A stretch of DNA of 64,000 nucleotides from Rickettsiales bacterium (GCA_041396965.1 JAWKXN010000001.1:462058-526057), one strand, 5' to 3'; counted from the first letter of the stretch, positions 27,680 through 36,494 are shown. Made by a program: numbers and translations. Notes: a model not told the origin generated them from the sequence alone.

Positions 27680-27690
27680 GCTAAAGCGGC
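27615..27690 (-). tRNA. tRNA-Thr: tRNA-Thr (anticodon CGU), CCA encoded
   Basis: The reverse complement is GCCGCTTTAGCTCAGTTGGTAGAGCACATCATTCGTAATGATGGGGTCGGGGGTTCAAGTCCCTTAAGCGGCACCA. It folds as a cloverleaf: 7-bp acceptor GCCGCTT/AAGCGGC, D stem GCTC/GAGC, anticodon stem CATCA/TGATG with loop TTCGTAA, and T arm GGGGG-TTCAAGT-CCCTT with two G-U pairs. Confidence 0.9.
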
Positions 27691-27768
27691 ATTATCAAAT
27701 ATCATAAACTTCTATAGATGCTTACTTATAAGATATAATAATTTCAATATCATTATTAATTATATATA

Positions 27769-27797
27769 CAAAAAAGCCCCGTATTTCTACGAGGCTT
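27769..27797 (-). terminator. Rho-independent terminator of dctA
   Basis: On the minus strand the sequence is AGCCTCGTA-GAAA-TACGGGGCT, a 9-bp stem with one mismatch, followed by TTTTTTGT. It lies 15 nt downstream of the dctA stop. Confidence 0.6.
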
Positions 27798-27811
27798 TGT
27801 GGTTTAAGATA

Positions 27812-29173
27812 TTATCTTTCTAGTACCTCAAGGTCTGGCTTTACTTTTTTATTAAGAATATCTCTGGCTAACTTATAATCAAGAGCATTCTCCCACTTGG
27901 CGACAACAATTGTTGCCACTGCGTTACCTATCATATTAATAATAGCTCTACCAGTAGACATAAATCGGTCAACCGCGAAAAGTAATGCCAAGCCAAGTGT
28001 TAGATTTTCTTGAGACACTACATTCATAGAGGCGAGGGTTGCGGCAAGTACCAAAAACGCGCTTCCAGTAACACCAGCCGCTCCTTTTGAGGTTATAAGC
28101 AAAACCCCAAGTAGAGACGCTTCCTGCCAGAAGGTTATTGGCGTATCGGTAGCGAAAGTAATAAACAACGCACCCATAATAAAGTATAGCGAGGAACCAT
28201 CTAGGTTAAATGAGTAACCGGCCGGAATGGTAAGTCCCACAACTTTCTTGGAACAACCAAGAGCGGTAAGCTTTTCCATCATTCTAGGAAGTACGGTTTC
28301 TGAGGAGGAGGTGCCAAGCACGATAACTATCTCAGAACGTATATATCTGATTAGTTTCCAGACGCTCAGTTTACAATAGAAGCGCATTACTGGGTCAAAT
28401 ATAAACACAATAAACATAAATCCAGTCATGTAGAACAGAAGAACTAGTTCTCCTAAGTCTCTTAACGCTCCAATACCAAATTTGCCTATGGTATATGACA
28501 TAGCGCCAAAAGCACCAATTGGCGCGAGAAGCGTTACCATATCGACCATCTTGAATAACACATGGGAGAAGCTTTCAATAAGGTCATGCACGACCTTTCC
28601 TCTGCTTCCCATCTTGGTAAGAGCCACAGAAAATAGCATCGCTATTAATAAAACTTGTAGCAGATTACCGTCAGTAAACGCACTAACCATAGTATGCGGT
28701 ATTATATCAAGTAGGAAATCAACCGTACCTTTAAGCTGTTTACCTTCCATGCTTGATTGAATACTGCTGGTATCTACACCAGAATTAGCGGATATATGCA
28801 TTCCGTTTCCTGGTTCAAATGCAGAGACTACTATCCATCCTATAACAAGAGCGATGGTTGTCACTATCTCAAACCATATGATAGCTTTCGCACCAACCCT
28901 ACCAGCTTGTTTTACATCGCCCATACCAGCCATACCACTTACAATGGTACAGAAAATAATTGGGGCGATAAGCATTTTTATCAAATGGATAAAAGCATCA
29001 CCAAGTGGTTTCATAGCTGCTGCTTTTTCCGGTGCTATAACCCCAAAACATATTCCCAAAAAAATCCCGAACAGAACTTGGAAGAACAAAGACTTGAACA
29101 AAGGCTTTTTCTTAGCTGGTTTAGCTGTAGGGTTTTTAGATATTTTAGGCGCTATAGTATCCGTCATAATCAA
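27812..29173 (-). CDS. dctA: C4-dicarboxylate / sodium:dicarboxylate symporter family transporter
   Basis: The N-terminus KKPLFKSLFFQVLFGIFLGICFG and a multi-TM 453-aa architecture are typical of DctA. Confidence 0.85.
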   Translation of the reverse strand: MIMTDTIAPKISKNPTAKPAKKKPLFKSLFFQVLFGIFLGICFGVIAPEKAAAMKPLGDAFIHLIKMLIAPIIFCTIVSGMAGMGDVKQAGRVGAKAIIWFEIVTTIALVIGWIVVSAFEPGNGMHISANSGVDTSSIQSSMEGKQLKGTVDFLLDIIPHTMVSAFTDGNLLQVLLIAMLFSVALTKMGSRGKVVHDLIESFSHVLFKMVDMVTLLAPIGAFGAMSYTIGKFGIGALRDLGELVLLFYMTGFMFIVFIFDPVMRFYCKLSVWKLIRYIRSEIVIVLGTSSSETVLPRMMEKLTALGCSKKVVGLTIPAGYSFNLDGSSLYFIMGALFITFATDTPITFWQEASLLGVLLITSKGAAGVTGSAFLVLAATLASMNVVSQENLTLGLALLFAVDRFMSTGRAIINMIGNAVATIVVAKWENALDYKLARDILNKKVKPDLEVLER

Positions 29174-29322
29174 CTCTCGTTTTTCTGAATTATTACTTTT
29201 TTATTTTATAAGACGGTAACGTTTAGGGGAAAATTAATCAAATGACCAGCTAAAATCGCAACGACGCCATGCAATTTTTGCATATAATAGGATTTCTTTT
29301 TGATTTTTCAGAATAAAACAAT

Positions 29323-30180
29323 TTATGAATTTTTGATTTTTAGTGTTTTCTCATATATAATTTTCCGTGATATACCAGTTTTTTCTACAACTATTGCCAC
29401 AGTTTCTTTTATAGATTTTGTTTGCAGAATATTTTTTATCTCATTTTCAATTTCTTGAGAGTCATTAATTAGTTTATTTGAATTAGGAGGGGATATTAAA
29501 ATTACTATCTCGCCTCTTGGCGCGCCGTTACTTTCTATATCGGTCAAAATTTCAGATAAAGTACCTCTTTTATTTTCCTCGTATAATTTGGTAAGTTCTC
29601 TGGAAATCGCTGCTTTCCTATCACCGAATATTTCATTCATAATATTTAAGGTTTTTACAAGTCTGCGCGCTGACTCAAAGAATATCAGAGTCGCCGGTAT
29701 TGACGTAAGGTTATTTAGATGTTTTTTAAGAGCATTTTCCTTATTTGGCAAAAATCCACCAAAAAAGAATTTATCGGTGGGAAGACCAGAAACACATAAA
29801 GACGTAATTACACTGGAAGCTCCGGGTATAGCGGTGATATATATGTTATTTTCAATCGCTTCTTGTATAAGTCGGTATCCCGGATCCGATATTAAAGGAG
29901 TTCCAGCGTCAGAAATAAGCGCTACCCTTTTTCCTTCATTAATGGCGTGTATTATTTTATCTTTTTGTTTGCCGGCGTTATGGTCATTATAGGAAATGAG
30001 TTCTTTCTTTATTCCATAATGGCTTAGCAGCTTCCCACTTACTCTTGTATCCTCGCAGGCTACTAAATCCACTATTTTCAATATGTTTATTGCCCGTAAC
30101 GTTATATCTTCCATATTACCTATTGGGGTGGATACAACATAAAGACCGGCGGGATTCACTTGTTTTTCTGTCTTGTTCAT
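29323..30180 (-). CDS. rsmI: 16S rRNA (cytidine1402-2'-O)-methyltransferase
   Basis: GLYVVSTPIGNMEDITLRAINILKIVDLVACEDTR is the RsmI tetrapyrrole-methylase-like N-terminus. Confidence 0.85.
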   Translation of the reverse strand: MNKTEKQVNPAGLYVVSTPIGNMEDITLRAINILKIVDLVACEDTRVSGKLLSHYGIKKELISYNDHNAGKQKDKIIHAINEGKRVALISDAGTPLISDPGYRLIQEAIENNIYITAIPGASSVITSLCVSGLPTDKFFFGGFLPNKENALKKHLNNLTSIPATLIFFESARRLVKTLNIMNEIFGDRKAAISRELTKLYEENKRGTLSEILTDIESNGAPRGEIVILISPPNSNKLINDSQEIENEIKNILQTKSIKETVAIVVEKTGISRKIIYEKTLKIKNS

Positions 30181-30312
30181 TCTTGAAATTATTGTTTTTA
30201 ATAATAAGACATATGATTCTACGATATTGTATAATATAATTACAATGTGTAAATCTTTAAGAAATATAACCTATTATCCTTTATACAGCTTTATCATGAG
30301 AATTATAACTAA

Positions 30313-33024
30313 ATGTCTATAAAACCAATACCCGTAAAAGCTAAGGAGCGATTAAAGCAAAAGCTACCATCTCTTAACGAGACATTAAGAGAGTTATCTG
30401 TTTCTTTGCCAGATAAGCGAGAGCATGCCCTAGAGATATGTAAGAAATGGCTGGAGGAAAAAAATAATTTTATTAAGAGGGAATTTTTAGAATCAGGCAA
30501 AGTTACGGTTCTTTTATCGCGTAATACTAAACTTATTGATGAGCTTCTCATATCAATTTTTAGTCTAATATCAGCTGATAAGGAGCAAATGGCGATAATC
30601 GCTGTAGGTGGTTATGGTCGTAGTGAAATGTTTCCTTACTCAGATGTTGATCTATTATTTCTATATAATGATGGCAGTAGGAAACAGTTATCTTATATTG
30701 CTGAGTCCATACTATATATATTGTGGGATCTTGGATTTAAGGTTGGTCAATCTCATCAGACCATAGAAGAAGCTCTGGAATTCGCTAAAGATGACATAAC
30801 TGTCCGTACTAACATGCTTGATTCTCGCTATGTGGTTGGTAACAAAGATATATTTTCCAGTTTTTACGCTAGGTTTGATAAAGATATAGTAGAGGAAAAT
30901 ATTTCTGAGTTTATTGAGGCAAAACTTGAGGAGCGTGAGAAAAGGCATCAGCATTTTGGTGATTCCCGTTATATGTTGGAACCTAATGTTAAGGAGGGTA
31001 AGGGTGGTCTTAGAGACACTCATACGCTCTGGTGGATCATAAAAGCCGCTTATTCTCTGTCCAGTAATCAAGAAATGGTAAAACGTGGCTTGGTAAGCCG
31101 TAAGGAATATAGAGATTTTGAACATGCTCGTGTTTTTTTATGCCGTACCCGCGCTCATCTGCATTACATAGCGGGACGTATGGAAGACCGAATTACTTTC
31201 GATTATCAACACCGCCTCGCTGAGGCTATGGGATTTTCTCATCCGCTTATCAACCGTACCATTGAGCGTTTTATGCGTCGTTATTTTGTGGCGGTACGTA
31301 CTATCGGTAGTACGACTAGGATTTTCTGCGCTCTTTTAGAAGATAGTAAAAAACGTAAATTACGGCGTAGAAGATTTACCAATCTCTGGCGATCATCATG
31401 GGTTTTAGGCGATTTTACGGTTGATGGCGACCGACTCAATGTCCGTGATGAGGATTTGTTTAAGAAATCTCCTATTTCCATGATTGAGATATTCCGCACA
31501 GCCCAAATAAATGATTTACATATTCATCCCAAAGCGCTGCAACTTATTTCTTATGAGTTGCCTAGAATAGATCATGAACTTAGAAATGATAAAAGATCTT
31601 GTGATTTATTTCTTGATATATTGCTTTCACCTAAAAGGGCTGAAGGCACTTTAAGAAATATGAGCGAAGCGGGAGTTCTTGGAAGTCTAATACGTGATTT
31701 TGGCCGTATTATTGGGCAAACTCAGTTCAATATGTATCATGTATATACGGTTGATGAGCATACTTTAGTCGCTATTGGTATATTGCATGACATAGAAAAT
31801 GGAAAATTAAAAAAGGAATTGCCACTGGCAACGGATGTTTTTTCCCGTATCCGCTTGCGCAGAGTTTTATATCTAGCTTTATTCTGCCACGACATAGCCA
31901 AGGGCAGAGGCGGCGATCATTCACGTTTGGGTGAAAAAGTTGGAATAAGGCTCGCTAAAAGATTTGGTTGCTCACCTGAGGAAGTGCGTACTGTCGGTTG
32001 GCTAGTTCGCTACCATCTCCTTTTTAATAAGACCGCTATTAAGCGTGATATAAATGACCCAAAAACAGTAGAGGATTTTGTCGCCACTGTTCAAACTCCC
32101 GAAAGACTGAAATTGCTGCTTCTGCTTACGGTTGCTGATATAAGAGCGGTAAGTTCGGTAGCGTGGAATGATTGGAAGGGTGTATTGTTGCGTGAACTTT
32201 ATGAGCGTGCTGACAGCTTCATGGGTAGCGGTAAAATAGAGTTAAGACCACAGCAAACTGATAATTTTCGTGTTGAGTTATGTGATAATCTGGAAGGCTG
32301 GAATAGGCAGGATGTAGATAATTATTTGGCATTGGGCGATGCTAGTTTTCTAGTAAATTTTGAGCTTTCAAGGCATATAGCGATAGCTTGTATGGTGCGT
32401 AAGGCTGAATCTATAGAAAGACCTATATTGCTTGATATACGCCATAATTATGAGCGTTCTTTTACCGAAATAGTGTTATGTACTAATGACCAAAAAGGTA
32501 TTTTCTCAAAAGTAGCGGGTGCTATGTCATTAGTTGGCGCTAACATTATAAACGCTAAGATATTTACCTTAAAAAACGGCATAGCGATAGAATCATTCTG
32601 GATTCAGGCCGCTGGAGGCGTGGTTTTTGACCGTACTGGCAAACTTGATAAAATGTCATCATACATAGAACAGTCATTATTTGGTGAATTTGATATGTCT
32701 GAAGCTTTTAATAAATACACTCCAGCATATATACGTTCACGGAGCAAAGCATTGCCTATCGCTGGTCAGGTTTTGTTTGATAATGAGGCCAGTAACTTAA
32801 ATTCTCTCATAGAGCTTACCTGTAGAGATCGTGTTGGATTGCTTTATGATATAACTAGAGCCATCGCTGAGCTAAATCTTTCCATAGTAACCGCTCATAT
32901 ATCTACTTATGGTACGCAAGCGGCTGACGTATTCTACGTGAAAGACAATTTTGGTTTTAAGGTAACCCATAAGGATAAGATTAACCTTATAAAGGAAAAA
33001 TTGCTCTCAGTAATTAATGGATAA
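30313..33024 (+). CDS. glnD: [Protein-PII] uridylyltransferase / uridylyl-removing enzyme
   Basis: Has the nucleotidyltransferase motif GGYGRSEMFPYSDVDLLFLY, an HD domain (LALFCHDIAKG) and two C-terminal ACT-like domains. It is 903 aa. Confidence 0.9.
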   Translation: MSIKPIPVKAKERLKQKLPSLNETLRELSVSLPDKREHALEICKKWLEEKNNFIKREFLESGKVTVLLSRNTKLIDELLISIFSLISADKEQMAIIAVGGYGRSEMFPYSDVDLLFLYNDGSRKQLSYIAESILYILWDLGFKVGQSHQTIEEALEFAKDDITVRTNMLDSRYVVGNKDIFSSFYARFDKDIVEENISEFIEAKLEEREKRHQHFGDSRYMLEPNVKEGKGGLRDTHTLWWIIKAAYSLSSNQEMVKRGLVSRKEYRDFEHARVFLCRTRAHLHYIAGRMEDRITFDYQHRLAEAMGFSHPLINRTIERFMRRYFVAVRTIGSTTRIFCALLEDSKKRKLRRRRFTNLWRSSWVLGDFTVDGDRLNVRDEDLFKKSPISMIEIFRTAQINDLHIHPKALQLISYELPRIDHELRNDKRSCDLFLDILLSPKRAEGTLRNMSEAGVLGSLIRDFGRIIGQTQFNMYHVYTVDEHTLVAIGILHDIENGKLKKELPLATDVFSRIRLRRVLYLALFCHDIAKGRGGDHSRLGEKVGIRLAKRFGCSPEEVRTVGWLVRYHLLFNKTAIKRDINDPKTVEDFVATVQTPERLKLLLLLTVADIRAVSSVAWNDWKGVLLRELYERADSFMGSGKIELRPQQTDNFRVELCDNLEGWNRQDVDNYLALGDASFLVNFELSRHIAIACMVRKAESIERPILLDIRHNYERSFTEIVLCTNDQKGIFSKVAGAMSLVGANIINAKIFTLKNGIAIESFWIQAAGGVVFDRTGKLDKMSSYIEQSLFGEFDMSEAFNKYTPAYIRSRSKALPIAGQVLFDNEASNLNSLIELTCRDRVGLLYDITRAIAELNLSIVTAHISTYGTQAADVFYVKDNFGFKVTHKDKINLIKEKLLSVING

Positions 33025-33781
33025 CTTTGGGGATTAGGGTACAATAAGCACGACCAGCAGGTCGTGCCAGCCCTGAGCCTGTCCTATGTGAAAGACAGTA
33101 GTCTTTCACGGGGACGAAATATACAATAACCCCTCACCCTAACCCTCTCCCAAAGGGAGAGGGGATATTCGTAAAGATGAGGAACAAGAAACTCGGTCAG
33201 TAGACCGAGTGAGCCATCAGCCAGCGAAGCTGTATCCCATATGAAAATCAGTAGATTTTCATGGGGATGAGACATAAATAATTTCCAGTAGACCGAGTGA
33301 GCCATCAGCAATGCCTCATGGTATTTCCAGTAGGAAATACCGGGGGCGAATATAGAAAATACCCCTCACCCTAACCCTCTCCCAAAGGTAGAGGGGATAT
33401 TACATGATTAAAAACTACTCCCCCCTTGCGGGGGAGCACGCGAAATCAAGTGGAAACGCAGATTGAGCGGAGGGGGGTAGAATAGTAGACAGCCATATAC
33501 ACCCCCCACCAAAAATTGAATCATTACTTTCTTCAATTTTTGACTCCCCCGCAAGGGGAGAGTGGAGTAATAGCAGTGGGTTGGGAATATCTTAGCCATA
33601 GCTCAGGTTAGGGAACAATAAGCACGACCAGCAGGCTGTGTGAGCCTTCAGCCAGCGAAGCTGTATCCCATATGAAAATCAGTAGATTTTCATGGGGATG
33701 AGATATAAACAATTTCCAGCAATGAATTGAAGAATTGATAAAGCTAGTATAAAATCAATATAAAATAAAGGTAGGTTTTAC
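33025..33781. repeat. Intergenic nest of short hairpin-forming repeats (several families)
   Basis: Hairpins with an AGTA loop lie at 33088-33109, 33191-33210, 33236-33266 and 33320-33341. The GC hairpin ccctctccc-aaa-gggagaggg occurs within a roughly 35-bp unit present twice (33130-33164 and 33362-33395). An 80-bp direct repeat spans 33209-33288 and 33640-33719 with 3 mismatches. A 28-bp repeat occurs at 33034-33061 and 33608-33635. Confidence 0.85.
33412..33572. repeat. MITE-like unit bounded by inverted G/C hairpin repeats
   Basis: ctccccc-cttgc-gggggag (33418-33436) and its reverse complement ctcccc-cgcaa-ggggag (33544-33560) flank an internal hairpin with 11-bp arms, caaaaattgaa/ttcaatttttg (33510-33542). 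Confidence 0.5.
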
Positions 33782-34117
33782 ATGGATTCTAATAAATATA
33801 ACGATGTAGCTAAAGAATTTATGGAGCTTTGGCAAAAGCAGATGACATCGGTAATGGGTGACAAACAGTTTATCCATGCTATGCTGGATTTTTTTCATAA
33901 TTTGCAAACAACCGCCGAAAGTCAGACCCAAAAAAATAATGACAACAAATCTACCGACACTTCCGATACATCTGATGCTCAGCGTAGGGTGCTGGATGAG
34001 CTCACATTTCGCCTTGCAATGTGCGAAAAAAGGCTCTCAGATCTTGAAAAGGGAAAGCATACTACCAGAAGAACTACAAAAAGCGGTAAACGAGGAAGCA
34101 AAAAACCGGATAAGTAA
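33782..34117 (+). CDS. Hypothetical protein upstream of the PHA synthase-like gene (possible partner subunit or N-terminal part of it)
   Basis: 111-aa ORF whose stop lies 1 nt before the ATG at 34119. The alternative frame (33858 onward) overlaps its 3' half. Confidence 0.4.
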   Translation: MDSNKYNDVAKEFMELWQKQMTSVMGDKQFIHAMLDFFHNLQTTAESQTQKNNDNKSTDTSDTSDAQRRVLDELTFRLAMCEKRLSDLEKGKHTTRRTTKSGKRGSKKPDK

Positions 34118-34118
34118 A

Positions 34119-35102
34119 ATGCTTTCCGGTGTTTTGCGTTACTACGATACAGCTTACGAGAGAAATGTGCCAGAAGTTCCAGTAGTGTGGAGTAAGGGTA
34201 GTGCTCGGTTGCTTGATTATGGTTGCCGTGTTAAAAACATAAAATCGGTAGTGCTGTTTGTCCCGTCTCTCATTAACCGCTATTACATTCTTGACCTAGA
34301 GGAAAAAAGAAGCTTTATGCGTTATCTCGCCTCTGAAGGTATATACCCTTTATTACTAGATTGGGGAGTGCCAAGCGACGCGGAGAAAGACTTTAACTGC
34401 GCTGATTATGTAACTGAGATACTATGTCCTACCATTGATTTTATCAATAAAATATCAGGTAGTATTTCAATAGCTGGTTACTGTATGGGTGGAGTTCTAG
34501 CACTAGCGGCAAGTAAAATTGTCAGAAAAAAAATCTCCTCACTAGCTCTGCTCGCTACCCCTTGGGATTTTCATTGTCCGCAGTTCAAGCCTTTTATATT
34601 AGAAGAAAAATGGCAGAAAGAGATGAATTCGCAGATAGATAAAAATGATTTTCTTCCCGCACAGATAATCCAGTCATTATTTTATCTTACTGATCCATTT
34701 GTTTTTGAGCATAAATTCTGCCGTTATTCAGATCTCGCGGAAAACGGCGCGGCGGCTAAGGAGTTTGTCGCGCTTGAGCATTGGGTAAATGATGGTGTCC
34801 CGATGACGGCAAAAGTAGGGAGTGACTGTCTTGTTGGCTGGGCGCAGCGTAATGCTTTAAGTAAGGAAGAGTGGCTGGTATCAGGGAAGAAAGTCACTCC
34901 GCCATCTGCGTCTCTGCCCACTTTTATCGCCATACCAAAGAATGATAATGTAGTGCCTTATGAATGCGCTATGCCGCTTGCTAGAAAATGCCCGAACGCT
35001 CATATAATCCGCCCAAAAACTGGTCATGTCGGTATGGTAGTTGGCAAAAACGCCAAAAAAGAACTATGGGAGCCTTACACAGATTGGCTTTTGAGTGTTT
35101 AG
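34119..35102 (+). CDS. PHA synthase-like alpha/beta hydrolase (class III/IV PhaC-like)
   Basis: Has a lipase-box-like motif with Cys, SIAGYCMGGVLAL (GxCxG), and the PhaC-like pattern LFVPSLINRYYILDL...LLDWG. The frame is open from 33858, so the start is uncertain. Confidence 0.6.
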   Translation: MLSGVLRYYDTAYERNVPEVPVVWSKGSARLLDYGCRVKNIKSVVLFVPSLINRYYILDLEEKRSFMRYLASEGIYPLLLDWGVPSDAEKDFNCADYVTEILCPTIDFINKISGSISIAGYCMGGVLALAASKIVRKKISSLALLATPWDFHCPQFKPFILEEKWQKEMNSQIDKNDFLPAQIIQSLFYLTDPFVFEHKFCRYSDLAENGAAAKEFVALEHWVNDGVPMTAKVGSDCLVGWAQRNALSKEEWLVSGKKVTPPSASLPTFIAIPKNDNVVPYECAMPLARKCPNAHIIRPKTGHVGMVVGKNAKKELWEPYTDWLLSV

Positions 35103-35123
35103 TAATGTTCATAATGTTGAATT

Positions 35124-35159
35124 ATAGCAATTTGCATGGTTAATCATGTAAATTGCTAT
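35124..35159 (+). terminator. 15-bp stem hairpin downstream of the phaC-like gene (no U-tract)
   Basis: The sequence is atagcaatttgcatg-gttaat-catgtaaattgctat, with one G-U pair, starting 22 nt after the stop codon. Confidence 0.35.
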
Positions 35160-35209
35160 GAAAGGCGACTCCGAAAGAGTTGACTTTCCGCCACGTAGTG
35201 AGCGAAATA

Positions 35210-35235
35210 AAAAATTAAGATTAATCTTAATTTTT
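35210..35235. promoter_or_regulatory. Perfect 26-bp AT-rich palindrome
   Basis: The sequence is aaaaattaaga-ttaa-tcttaattttt, in the intergenic region upstream of ORF 35370. It could be an operator or a bidirectional terminator. Confidence 0.3.
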
Positions 35236-35369
35236 CAAATTATTATAGACTGTATTTTTGCTGTAACAGTCATGTCACGCAAATGTAACAATAACACTCT
35301 TGATTACTGCGCTTATAATAATTAATATTATTACTAATATTTAAGTTTATTGCATTTGCTGGAGGTTTT

Positions 35370-35852
35370 ATGAGTGATTTAGAGAAAAATGCAGGGGGAG
35401 CGGAAAATCTTGAGTCCACACTGCCACCTCCTAAAACTACTATGGAAGGAGTTGTTGATAGTAATATAGGTCGTAGTTCAAGAAATGCTGTGCTAGTTGG
35501 AGCTATTACTACTTTATCTTCTGGAGCTGCTGATTTGCATAAAAATCCTCTACCAACCTATGATAAAACCCCTCAGGAAGCCGCCGCTCATAATGTGGCA
35601 AAACAGCTTGACGTAAAGAATATGACTCCTGAGGAATTCGCTAAGGAACATTCCAAGAGGTATCCGCAAGCCCTTAAGAAAGAAGAAGCTGCAAGAAGAA
35701 AACCGATTATAGATAAGGTTGCAGATGCTGGTAAGGTTGGCGCTTATGGGACAACTCTAGGCTTTGGAGCTTCGTTACTAGGTGGTTTTGCTGGAAGACG
35801 TCGCAGGGAAATAGAAGAAGTTAAAAGCGAAAATCCTCATGGCAGGGGTTAA
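35370..35852 (+). CDS. Hypothetical protein with a C-terminal Gly-rich hydrophobic segment
   Basis: 160-aa ORF preceded by a GGAGG RBS. It contains GAYGTTLGFGASLLGGFAGRRRRE. No family was recognised. Confidence 0.4.
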   Translation: MSDLEKNAGGAENLESTLPPPKTTMEGVVDSNIGRSSRNAVLVGAITTLSSGAADLHKNPLPTYDKTPQEAAAHNVAKQLDVKNMTPEEFAKEHSKRYPQALKKEEAARRKPIIDKVADAGKVGAYGTTLGFGASLLGGFAGRRRREIEEVKSENPHGRG

Positions 35853-35853
35853 T

Positions 35854-36222
35854 TTACACAGTCTGTTCTAAGCTTACATTGAGTGCTTTTGCCAGTTTTT
35901 TCATTGTTGCTACACTGCCATTTTTATGTCCTGCCTCAATAGAGGCGATCATAGCGCGTGATACGCCAGATTCTATCGCGAGATTCTCCTGAGTTAACTT
36001 TCTATATTGTCGCCATTTTTTCAGCATATTTTCACCATTTACCCTAGCCTCGCTGAGTTCAAAAGGTATCACTTCATCATCACCATCTTCCAGACGTGCT
36101 TTTGCTATATCATATGCCCGTATATCGGCTAGCGCTTCTGAGTCAGATAATAATTTTTTCAGTTCATTTATAGGTATCACCGCTAGCTTTTTACCATCAT
36201 GCACTATTGTTTCTATGTTCAT
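35854..36222 (-). CDS. XRE-family HTH antitoxin
   Basis: Has the HTH LTQENLAIESGVSRAMIASIEAGHKNGSVATMKKLAKAL. It overlaps the upstream RelE-like gene by 4 nt. Confidence 0.75.
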   Translation of the reverse strand: MNIETIVHDGKKLAVIPINELKKLLSDSEALADIRAYDIAKARLEDGDDEVIPFELSEARVNGENMLKKWRQYRKLTQENLAIESGVSRAMIASIEAGHKNGSVATMKKLAKALNVSLEQTV

Positions 36223-36494
36223 TGATATATTCCTCCTCTGGAATCCATTTCCAATATTATCATTATTAGTATATCATCGTGTAATTCATATATTATTCGC
36301 CAATCACCAACCCTTAGCCTATAACCATCACGCCCTTGTAATTTCTTAACGTTATTGTTGGTAGCATAGGGATTCTCAGCTATTTGACGAATTTTATTGA
36401 TAATTCTCTTTTGTAAATTAGCAGGTAGCCCTAACAATCTTTTATCAAAAGATTTTGTGGTTTTTATTTTGTATGTTAAAGTTCTCTTGCTCAT
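36219..36494 (-). CDS. RelE/ParE family type II toxin
   Basis: 91 aa. The C-terminus KKLQGRDGYRLRVGDWRIIYELHDDILIMIILEMDSRGGIY is the typical RelE/ParE pattern. The toxin-first gene order is HigBA-like. Confidence 0.75.
   Translation of the reverse strand: MSKRTLTYKIKTTKSFDKRLLGLPANLQKRIINKIRQIAENPYATNNNVKKLQGRDGYRLRVGDWRIIYELHDDILIMIILEMDSRGGIYQ

Noticed and set aside
1-27690. Interpretation of the GC-rich segment as a gene transfer agent cluster rather than a prophage
   Set aside because: Only the tail genes are RcGTA-like. The segment also encodes a repressor, replication proteins, a holin and lysozyme, and a serine integrase abutting a tRNA att site, which fits a temperate phage.
33084-33599. 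ORFs 33084..33311 and 33408..33599 inside the glnD/phaC-like intergenic region
   Set aside because: They are composed entirely of the palindromic repeat modules (translations such as PLSLWERVRVRG and PLRGSQKL). This is a common artefact of REP/MITE-like repeats and not coding sequence.
33025-33781. Possibility that the repeat nest is a CRISPR array
   Set aside because: The repeats belong to several unrelated families, are themselves palindromic hairpins, vary in length and are not regularly spaced by unique spacers. No cas genes are in the window.
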